Assembly (NCBI GenBank): GCA_030141605.1
Contig: JAQGDQ010000001.1
Span: 3,122,306-3,186,305, forward strand
Direction: 5' to 3'
Origin: Tubiluchus corallicola
Taxonomy: Eukaryota > Animalia > Priapulida
Length of the DNA stretch: 64,000 bases
The translations under genes were made by a program, and so were the position numbers. Of the stretch, positions 41,850 to 52,900 are shown one piece after another; positions within the stretch are counted from its first letter, which is position 1; the number at the start of each line of letters is the position of its first letter. A model generated the notes under the pieces. It was not told the DNA's origin and did no database searches. It saw nothing but the letters and a program-made list of their open reading frames with translations.

Positions 41850-44800
41850 ATGGAGTCTGCCAAACACAGATTAGAGCGAATATTTTCGCATTTTACTGGA
41901 GTTCAGCAAAGACGTGCTGCTGTGAGTACAAATTAATGTTCATAAAATAGATATCACTATAAGTGAGCAAAAGCAAAATAGCTATAGTGACCAAAGTTGA
42001 ATGAGCAGTGCCAAATTCAGTAGTGGATGGATGACCACATGTAGAACTGCTTTTGGTTGTCTCACATACAAAACTGTCTTGTCCTAGCTCTGTATCTCGT
42101 CTTAGAGGATTATTTTACCATAACCATCATACCATTAAGTAGGTTTTGCTACTGAGTGTTGGATTCCAGCTTTCAAAGCGCAGCTACACAAAAAATAGCT
42201 GTAATAGTCTGCTAAAGGAAAATAAGACTATATAAATCATTTTGACTCAAGGTCTAAAACGTACCTCATCAACATTAAGACCTATAATAACTGCCAAACT
42301 GTTTCTTATATTAGAATTATAGTTCAGAATTCTGAAACTGATATTAATGCAAGCAGAGTTAATCATGTCGTCACCAACGTGAGGACAATTCTCTAACAGA
42401 AGGATCTGTCGTCAGCACCTCGTACATGTTTGCATCACATCGATACTGAAATACAAACTTGTTGAATTTCAAATTCATTGATATGCTAATGCAACTTTAC
42501 AAGGCTGTATGTGTGTCGAGAATGAGTTGTTTAGAAACTACAGACCTGGTGATCCGGTATACTTATCTTCATTTTCGGGCAATGCATGATTGAGAAACAG
42601 GTATAGTCATCCATATAAGTAGGAACAGCTGGGAGCATTTAACGATTATAAAATTAACAAAACTAATCTTTTGATGTGATGATTCCTTAATGTAAATCAT
42701 TCTTTAAAAGAAAATTTTTGTGAGTAAGATATTTTAGATACCAGGTTACTTTGAGTTATGGTCTAAAACTATTTACTATTTTCCTTTTATACTTTTCATG
42801 GACTTCAAGTGTGATTCGAGTATTCTGTTGACATATCACACAACAGCAGACACCACAAGACAAATTGAATACCGCATATCCATTGTATACAAAACATATT
42901 TGTAAATTGCATAAAAGACTGTCTAATAAGAATTGTCTTATTTTCAGAACATTACACAGTGTAGCTCTGAGAAGAATATTATCAGAAGCCCACTTCCAGA
43001 TGTTTACATTCCCGACAATGTTTCAGTTTACCAGCTTTTTTTGGAAAGTTGTTTAAAACATCCACACAACTTCGCTGTTGTTAATGTTGAAAATGGCTGC
43101 TCATACACGTACCAAGAGTTACTGACGTCTGTGAAAAAATTTGGCAGTGCATTGGTACGAAGGGGATTTAACAAAGGTGATATTTTGGCAGCTATTGCTC
43201 CAAACTGCATTGAATATATAATTTGCTTCTTTGCCACAGTAGCTGTTGGTGGAGCAGTAACAACAATAAATCCAGTATACACAGAAAATGAGATACTCTA
43301 CCATTTACAAGATTCAAAACCGGGATGGATAGTAACAACAGCCAAAGTGCTAAAAAATGTTCTTGCAGCCACTGGAAAAACGACAGTGAAAGAAGAGATT
43401 ATTATTATTGGAGGGAATCCATGTAAACAGTTAATATCTTTTGCAGAGTTGTTAGAAGATGATGAGTCTGCTTTCCCAGATTCTTTGCACATAAATGTGC
43501 ATAATGATCTAGCTGTAGTGCCATACTCATCTGGAACTACTGGAAAACCCAAGGGTGTAATGTTAACGCATTATAATTTGGTTGCAAATCTGTATCAAAA
43601 GTCAGATCTTATATATGGACAACCTGACCATAGATGCATATTTTTTCTACCTATGTTTCACATATATGGTATAGCTGTTGTGTTACGTGTGTTTCATATA
43701 GGAGCTTGCATCTATTTACTATCAAAATTTGAGCCAAAGGTATTCCTTCGTGCTGTGGAAAAGTACAAGATAACAAATGCCCCTCTTGTACCACCCATAA
43801 TCAACTTTCTGGTCAAGTCACCACTAATAAAGATGTATGATTTATCCAGTCTAGCTGTTGCTCACTGTGGGGCTGCACCTCTAGGTATGCTTGCCCGTAC
43901 ATAATATTATACTAATTATACTAGGCATAACCTGGTAGAAACTGGTAATGACGTCAGTTAGTTTTATAAGATCTTTAAGTTACTATAATGGGCATATTTA
44001 TGTCTGTTAAATTGGAGCCTGGTGATTGAAATAGAAAGCAACAGATGATAAAACTTTTGTTTCCAACTTAATTTTAGCTTTCTTTACTCATTTTAATGAG
44101 GTTTAAATTTAGCACTGTATAAATTTGCATTGTCACAAATTCATTTTTAGAACATGTTTGAATAGAACTTTATAAATCAAGCTTTATATAAGCTTTATAC
44201 ACTGTATTATAAAATTATGTACTATATTGTGCTCCAATGAGCAGCTGTTCTATACTATTCTACACAGTACTGCATTTTCATCTGTACGGTTAATACTCCT
44301 CCCTATGCTATCAGGTATTCTATTTGTGATATTGTTGCTCTTATTGTATTTTTTTAAGTACAGTAACACTCATTCAGTTATTACAGAATTTCAGTATTTC
44401 AGGAAAAGAAATGGTTGAAGAACTTTTGAAGAAAATTCCAACTTTGCAAAATTTACAGCAAGGTTATGGTATGACAGAAGCCGGTCCTGCCGTTATTAGC
44501 ACACAGGGAATGCAGGAACAGATGTCATCAACTATAGGATATGTAATACCGAACACTGAAGTAAAGGTATTGCACTTTATCTAACCACTTGATTTTTACA
44601 AGAAAAAAAAACAAAGACAAGGGAGAAAAGACAGCATGTCATAACATTTTGCTCAAAAGCTCCATCAATAGCTTGTTTGGGTTTTGTTCAAACCATGCTC
44701 TATGGGCAAATCTAGACTTCATACTGACCCCTAATAACCAGTATACCATACTAACTTTATAAATTTATGACAACTGTAACTATACTACAGGTTGTTGACT

Positions 44801-45435
44801 TGAAAACTAGAGTTGCTCTTGGTCCAAATCAAGAAGGAGAACTGTGCATAAGAGGTCCACAAGTGATGAAGGGATACCTGAACAATCCGAAAGCAACGAA
44901 AGAAATCATTAGTCCTGATGGTTTTTTGCAAACGGGCGACATTTGCTATTACACTGAGGAAGGGTGAGTCTTATCTTTTGCACTTCTTACCATGTCATGT
45001 AAAAATTTAGCTTGGTGACACTTTTTGTTCCTGCAAATTAATAGAAAAATTGTTAAGTAATCTAAAAACTTAACATTTGTTTGTAGGCTATTCTACATAA
45101 TTGACCGAGTGAAAGAGTTGATCAAAGTCAATGCGTACCAAGTAGCACCAGCTGAACTTGAAGCAGTGCTCATGTCTCATCCTGGTGTAGAAGATGCAGC
45201 TGTTGTAGGAATTCCAAGCGAGAGAACTGGTGAAGTACCAAAAGCATTTGTAGTGAAAAAGGACAAGACCTTAACGGAAGAACATATTAACATATACATG
45301 AAAAAAAATGTTGCACCATTCAAATTACTGAGAGGTGGCATAGAATTTGTGAGAGACATTCCAAAATCTGCTAGTGGTAAGATCCTTCGAAGAAAATTAC
45401 GTGATGCTGAAATTAACAAAAGTAGGGAACGATAA
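41850..45435 (+). CDS. Copy 5: 4CL-like/luciferase-like acyl-CoA synthetase, ~564 aa, PTS2 (RLERIFSHF), no PTS1 (ends SRER)
   Basis: Exons 41850-41921, 42948-43884, 44403-44566, 44791-44963, 45087-45435 (1695 nt, in frame; in-frame stop just upstream of the ATG). Motifs [58 protein letters not shown]. Confidence 0.92.
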
Positions 45436-46254
45436 GTCACAAGAACAACACAAATAGTCAGATAAGACCAGTTTGTTATAAACATTTTATATAAAATTAG
45501 TGTGGTTTTCTAATTGAAAATTTACAAGAAAGTACACAGATATTTTTCTAAGAAATATGTAAAGACATCTAGTACAAAAAATCAATAGAGTTTCCAAAAA
45601 AGTATTGATTTATTTAGGTATGTTTTATAATGGAAAGTGTAACATGACAGCAGGTCAAATTTTTAAATGATGGGTTGCCTTTTGTTTGGGAAGTAAAACC
45701 CTATACTGTGATTACAACAATACCAAAAAATCCATGTTAAGAAACAGATTTATGGTGAGCTAAATAAAAAGAAGCCTTTTATGTTTACTCTAGAAAGTAG
45801 GCTATAAAACCCCATTTAGACTTCCACGATTTCACAGTTTTATGATGAAATTTCAACAAAATCGTTCGACTATGTGGGAGGATGATAAGATGTTGATCGA
45901 CATAACTTCAAAACAAGGATAATTTTCCACAGTTAATTTGGAATGAAGTAGGGTGTATAGGTGGATTTTTTGATAGCCGTTATAATTTCTAACATCTGAT
46001 AAGGCGATTAACTGAAACATGGACAAAAATAGCTACTCTACTTTATATCTGATAAAATCTTTTAAACTGAATTTTTATGGTACATTATGGATATAAGGAA
46101 GTGTCTTCTATTATACTTCTATTAAACATTGAAATGTCTGCATCAAAACCAATACATACCAATCAAATTATCTCAATGTGATTACAGTAATAAATTAATA
46201 AATAGCATGCATAATGGATAGTGTATCATTTGTCTTCTTGCATGTTTTCACACT

Positions 46255-46630
46255 GCAGAAAGCAGAAAAATTTGGATAGTAAAAGTGATATTCTGGAAGT
46301 CATTGCTCTTGAACGTAATGAATGTGCAGTTTGATACTTTGCTGCATTAGTATTTAGCATTGGTGGAACATTCACAACTAAAAAATCTGTACTCACAGGA
46401 TATGAAATAACTCACTGTTTAAAAGACTCAAGACCAAATGGATAATAACAACGTTAAATGCATTAGATAATGTGCTTACTGCAAAAAACTTGTGAATGGA
46501 GAAATAATCATTACCAGAAATAATGAAATTGGAAACACCAAAATCTTGCTGATAAATGTACAGAATGATGTAGCTCTTCTAGCATGCTGTTCTGGAACTA
46601 GAAAAAAACTCAAGAATGTGATGTGGACAT
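46255..46630 (+). pseudogene. Copy 6: decayed fragment of the large exon of the same acyl-CoA synthetase family
   Basis: Reads KSDILEVIAL...V*YFAALVFSIGGTFTTKKSVLTGYEITHCLKDSRP, frameshift, WIITTLNALDNVL, then INVQNDVALLACCSGTRKKLKNVMWT. Collinear with KGDILAI...[12 protein letters not shown]...LQDSQPKWIVT...[26 protein letters not shown] of copy 4. Confidence 0.85.
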
Positions 46631-47243
46631 GCTGGTAATAAAGTATTTATAACAGATGTTTGTTCCTGTCAAGACCATGTAATTATTAGTATAAAATTGG
46701 ATAACACTGAACCACTTCAAGTGTGGTAATTTTGTTGGCACACTCTAGATTGAGTAACAATGGTCAGCAGGGTATGGCAGTCGTTTGGATTACACTCAAT
46801 GCAAGTCAGTTCAAAGTAAAAATCATTCTTAGCTGGCTCATTATTAGCTAAATCCACCCGCATTGCAGACATTACATTAGACACTATTTTGGCTGCTATA
46901 CTGGACATTGTTGTTTGAATATAATGGGAACATAGATATTCAAAATCCTCCAAACAAGCATTGGATGACTTTATAATAGTAGATATTTGGGAGGTGAAGC
47001 TGACCTAAATTGACATTAGCCTAATTAAAGTTATCTTTAGCATGTGGGCATGTACAAATAACACACAGACAGATTTTCACCTTTACACATATAGATAGTA
47101 TTGTGGTATTGTTATAAACTAAAGCAAACAGCCACCATTAGTTATGTCATAACAAATGTGTTCACCTTTATTATACTTCGTTTTCATAATTTAGAACTCA
47201 CAATGCTTTTGAAACAACAAAAATTTTCTATTAAGTGCAGTGG

Positions 47244-47438
47244 TCAGTGTTCCATTGCTTCTTCATCTTCACTGCTATCAGATTCAATTTCTTCATCTTT
47301 TGCTATGGCTACATCAACAGCATCTTCGTCATCATCGTCATTGACTTTATCTATCTCGTTTATAGTTGAAAGTTCAGTCAGGAGCACATCAATATGATTC
47401 ATCATTTCACTATCATCACATTTTACTTTGGCCCCGAC
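47244..47438 (-). CDS. ACL4: Terminal exon resembling the C-terminus of the TPR assembly chaperone of Rpl4 (Acl4-like)
   Basis: Acceptor tttttctcgtag|, 65 codons: VGAKVKCDDSEMMNHIDVLLTEL...acidic tract...ESDSSEDEEAMEH*. AATAAA downstream on the minus strand (~47170). Identification is from recalled similarity (CDD..M..HI..LL.EL plus acidic tail ending AMEH), not a search. Upstream exons not found. Confidence 0.55.
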   Translation of the reverse strand, partial: VGAKVKCDDSEMMNHIDVLLTELSTINEIDKVNDDDDEDAVDVAIAKDEEIESDSSEDEEAMEH

Positions 47439-49350
47439 CTACGAGAAAAACATCAGCATTCACTATTGATGTTAAACAGAATGGGAAATGAAACAATATT
47501 ATACAAGTCAGATTAGACAAAAACTCATGATTACGTTCAAAGAACGGTGTCATGGTCAACTCAGATATTCTATTACGTATGCCATACAAAATCTGCAAGT
47601 CCCGAGAGCTTTTCGTGGATATGAATAAGGAACCTCCAACTTTACTGTCAAGTTCAGATTTTTTGGGCATCAACGCTACAGTCCCTTGCTCATCAAAGGT
47701 GAATTACTACATTAAGCCTGTTTATGGAGAATGTTCTAAGGACTGCTCCTCAATGCCGATAATTTGCTTGTAGTAGTCGCTTTTCTGCTGCTTTGCATTA
47801 GCTTACTCTGTACATTACTAGATACAAAACAATTACGTATACAAACCAGTTTTGACACCGGGCTTCTTAACTGAGGAACTCTTTACCAAAAAAGTGTTTC
47901 CCTGAAAACTGCAGCCTCACTCAATTCAAGAGGGGCATCGACAGATCCTTCTAAAAAAATTACTGTAGTTATATAAATTATTCCTGGGCCTGTATTAACC
48001 TTTTGATCGTAGCTCCTTATTTTGAGTGGCCGTTAACGTATATATACATACAAGCAAACGCGCACATATATCGGTGTCAAATATACGAATTTGGAGCGAA
48101 GTGATTAGCCAAGTGGGGTTATACGTGCTTGGTTATGCTGCTATAAAAATTATTCTTAAAAATAACGTTTTATAGTGGCTCGACAGCCTATAGTTATTAT
48201 AATTATATTATTTTTTAATACATAAAACACTAAAATTCAAATCAGATAAAATATAAACATGCATTAAATATTGTCACTCATGTAGCTTCAGTGATGAATT
48301 GATGATCACTAAGTTACTAACTCTCAGAACCAACTGGCACTAAAACACGCATATCATTTTGTCTAGCGATGACATTTGAAGTTACATATACGCCTGAAGC
48401 ATTAAAATTTCATTCTGTCATCAAATGTAAGCAACAAAGATTCACAGGCTTACAAACAGATAGTTTCTTTGGCACAACAGAAATTCATCACGTCCACTAA
48501 CCTCTAAAACTGTCTTGATGAATAGAGCAAAAGCAATTGGTTCATAAATTTCTGGTGGGATATCAAAGTGAATTCGAAGAGCTATATATATATACACACA
48601 GGAATACAGTGAAGTCAAAAAGAGGTGTGACCGCCAATAGCATTTACAATGGCTATCGCTTAGTTAACGTCTCCAGGGACTTTGCTGCGGAAAATTAGTT
48701 TCATCTTAACGTGGTTTCTCTAACTGTTGGTGAAAGCATCTGTTTCGTGTGAATATTGCCAACTTGGGATTAATAAACCATGCGGCTAACTATATGTGAA
48801 CCGAATTTCAAAATGCCGTGAAAAATGCGTTGTCAAGACACTCGCGTATTTAAAAAAGCGAGGGTAAATAATAAACGAACGACGAACAGTGAAAGTAAAA
48901 TGACGACAAAAACAATTAACAAAATGTCAAGGAAGCCGTACCAACACAAGAAAATTAGGAACAGCCTCAAAGTTAATCAAGCTTTCAGTAAATTAAATAC
49001 TAAGACAGTAGAATGCTCCGTAATGCCAGGGGCCTAGATATGTAAGGTGTCGTAAAATGATAACCTTTTGATTGCGTTTCTGCAGACAGGCAGTGGCTAT
49101 CTGTGGCTTAATAATGTGATTGTTAAAAGAAAACCAGACGATTGTGTAAACATCAGTTCAGAGTAAAGAATGCTCCAAAATATTGAAAACTACAATAGCT
49201 TTTTTGAATCAAAGCTTAGATTAAATAATAATTACCTCGGATACTCAAATTTCGTTAAACTTTCAAAGCTACGCGCGGTTCAGTGAATCTACTAAGATGG
49301 GCAACGGCGTCTTTTTGTCACATGCGCGGCCGACAAATAGAAGAGGGTAC

Positions 49351-49967
49351 CGTGATAACCATGATCATGAACTGCAGTGTTAGTTTCTGACGTCATATGG
49401 CGTAAAGCCCATTTTCGTGACATCATGCGTTTTAGCAGTAACACTTAGGCAAACGTGTTAGACGCACAAGAAAGGATGCCTATTATTGCACAAGCTGTGG
49501 TTTGTTTCTGACGTAAGCGATAGTTGTGTTCGGTTGCTGTTAATAAGCTAATTATTCAAATATAAGAAACAATTGCTAACTTTTATGGGCAAGAAAACGT
49601 ATATTTTGGACAGTATATTAAAATGAGGTTGAGCATAAACGATCACCCGGTTTTCCTTTAAGAATCACTCGTGATAACCATGATAATGAAGTGCAGTGTT
49701 AGTTTCTGACGTCATATGGCGTAGAGCCCATTTTCGTGACATCATGCGTTTAAGCGGTAACACTTAGGCAAACGTGCTTGACGCGCAAGAGAAGATGCCT
49801 GTTATTGCACAAACTGTGGTTAGTTTCTGACGTAAGCAATAGCTGCGTTCGGTTGTCGTTAATTAACTTTCTAAGCTAATTATTCAAATACAAGAAAACG
49901 TATATTTTGGACAATATATTAAAATGAGATTGAGTATAAACGATCATCCGGTTTTCCTTTAAGAATC
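49351..49967. repeat. Imperfect ~319-bp tandem duplication
   Basis: Units start at 49351 and 49670 (cgtgataaccatgat...ggttttcctttaagaatca). Confidence 0.9.
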
Positions 49968-52900
49968 ATTTTTTTGTTCTACACTACGTTCAAATGGTTT
50001 TAATAATTTTTCGTTAACTACCCCACTTAATTGAATAATTAATCGAATTGTCTGAAATAACAATAGAAATACTCTAATGACTAAACTACCTCGTGACTAT
50101 GAGCACCTTCTTTCATCAAATATAAATGTGCCTTGTGATGTTGGCAAAAATTTTCCAAGTTCTTTAAGCGATTTTTGCAAAAATATTTCTGTGTTCGTTT
50201 TATAAATCTTTCCTTATTATGTGAAAACTTAACTGCACTTGACGTAATAAGTGCTCTGCCCTGCTGTTTCAGACAGGCTGCCGCATTACAGTCCAGAATT
50301 ATTATTAAAAACTAATCATTTCGAATTGAATTTAGATCAGGCGTGGTTAGCATTTCTTGCAGTAATTAAACGCAATAAGAGCTCACACGATTTGAAATTT
50401 TTGCGGGATTCGCGTTTATTTAAAATCGAATCAAGAGTTTTCGACTGACTTAGCCGCAAAAGAAGTGTTTAGCAAGACAGTTAAAAACAGTGACAGGTAA
50501 GGATACTGACAGCTTATATATATATATATATATGAAAAGGCCAGTTAAATCACTTGTGGTATCTGGACAGCGCTCAGGATTCACAAAAATCCAGGTGGTC
50601 GTTAATATTTCCTTTTTTGCAAAATTAATACTTAACAGCTTGTTATGCGTGAGCTGTCTCAGCTGAGAAACAATTGAAATTTTCTTAATAACCAGTTCAA
50701 CTTCTGGAAAAAAATTAACGGGTACTTTAATGATTTGCAAATGATTAGAAATCCTTCAACAGCATCATCATCTCACAACAGCCTGTTAACAGTTACGTTA
50801 TGAGTCTTATGACTGTAACAACAGGTGTCATGACATGTGTTATGTCACATGCCTATATGCATGCTTCCAAAAATATGCCGAAGTTTTGATCACGACGTTT
50901 AAAGAACAAGAATTGACTGAATTGACGTTTAACTGAATTGTTTGAAAATTGTCATACTGGTATTACAGACGATGATGTATAAATAACCAAAACTTTTACG
51001 TCATTTCTTTAGATTTTTCCAAAGATACAGAAGTTTGCAAACAACATGTCAAAATAAATATTTAAATGCCGGCAAAAATTTTGTATGCCCACTATTGTTA
51101 AAATTTACAGCAAGTGTTCTTTGTGTCCATCATTTTCAACGCAAACTCCGCGAAGGTGTTTCTTTCAGTAGCTGATACACTTTCTCACTTCTTCAAGGGA
51201 CAGCTGCTCTCAGCACACAATTTTTGCATTTAGTTCCTCTGCATCAATCGGATTTGTATATCCGTCCCACACTGTCTCTTCAAATGAATTACAGGTGATT
51301 AAATAAATTTTTACCCTGCTTTACCTTTTGTGGTGAAGACCATGATGTAAAATTGGTAGATTTGATTTCTGTATTGTTTTGCTGGCACGTATTAATAATA
51401 CCTCAGCATGGCTGTTTTTCAGTTGACGATTAGTTGACACTGTTGCGGCATTTAAAATTCTAATAAGCAATGACCTTTCGGCCTTAGCTATAAACTTGTA
51501 ACTTGTCACAGCCAAGAATTAATGTATTGTGATAATATCATGCTGTGAAACTTCAACTTTATACGGTAATCGTTTCTAATAAAGTATTGCAGTATAAACT
51601 TCAACACATTTTTCTGCACCACTCGATATATGTATATGCATATCTAATCGTATAATACACAGACGGCACTACTTTCTCTTAACTAACGTTTATTTTTATA
51701 AAAATGAAAGATGAGAACTATAGCAGCGCGTATTTTTATAACTGTGCCGCGGTTTTTATCGAAACGCTTATTTTCTGGCGTTCACATATATTAATCAAAT
51801 ATTAATTACGTTAGTGCAATTAATCAAGTCTTGGGAACTGCGCTTTGTGCAGAATTTGTATCCTCCCGTGTTACAACGCTCAGGGCTGCAAACGACCCAA
51901 AATATTAGATTCAAATTTAAGGATACATGAAATTTATAGCAGTATCGACGACATGACGCTTAAATCAGTACTTGTCGAAGTTGATAAGCGTTACATTAAT
52001 TACATGACAATGCTGTATTAATTCTATAAAGTTTAGGTTAGTAAAGTTTTAGCTTAGACATTTCAATCCAAAACAAACTTACAAGCATTTAAAACATAAG
52101 CACAGTAAAGATTATAAATTGCTTTAAGAACACTTTTGATTGCCAATAGTATTACTCAGTTGACCAAGAAAACTCAAGAACTTTAGATTAAATTTACACA
52201 TTGAAAATGAATATATAAATGTAAAGCACACCTCTGGAGAATGAAACTACAAATTTATGCTCAACAGCTGCTGATAGATTCACGAACTGGATTCAAAGTG
52301 TCCTTGGTAGGTGTTTAATGACTCTAATGAGCTGAGTTTTTAGCTTACGCTAACAATAAATAATCAGTATCTTTAGGTTTCCTTGTGAATCTCAAGCGCC
52401 TTTCAACCAACGTTTTGGTCCAAAATTTTATGAAGGGAATCAAGTGACACGTACGTATAAAAGCTTACATTTTCAAATTCAGAAAAACAACTGAAAATAC
52501 GTCATTCATTTATACTTCATTAACCTGGGCTGCACCAGTCAATTCCAAAATGAAATTTACCTGTTAAAGAATCCAATTCGTAACTTCATTTTAGTTCAAA
52601 CAATGATGATGATGTGATGTGTCGTGTCAGGAACTGATTCACACTTTCTTTTGTCAAGGCAACTGAACAGTCTTTATGTTAATAATCACAACAGTTCCTT
52701 AACATGGTAATCGTCCATGAAATAAGAACGTCTGTTAAAGTCAATAAATTCTTGAATTGCAAAAGCAATAACGTTGGTACATAATTATGTCGTGCAATAA
52801 AAGAATTTTTGGGCTACTAACCTTAGAAACAGATCTGTTTCGCCGTAAAGCCAGTCTCGTTTTCGTGGTTTAGCTAGTTTTTTTTATATTGTGACGTTAC

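Noticed and set aside
7253-45435. Calling these genes beetle-type (D-luciferin) luciferases
   Set aside because: They lack the beetle pocket signatures: no Arg at the R218 or R337 equivalents (ANxxQ and QQG[YF]G here) and no PFHHGFG. The five-exon plan also differs from firefly Luc. Family membership alone does not imply light emission.
22160-45485. Recurring minus-strand ORFs over the synthetase exons (e.g. 22330-22719, 40055-40285, 43028-43552, 45177-45485)
   Set aside because: Antisense by-products of conserved codons, with no shared start, stop or motif.
47101-47397. Ser-rich + strand ORF
   Set aside because: It is the antisense shadow of the Asp/Glu-rich minus-strand exon.
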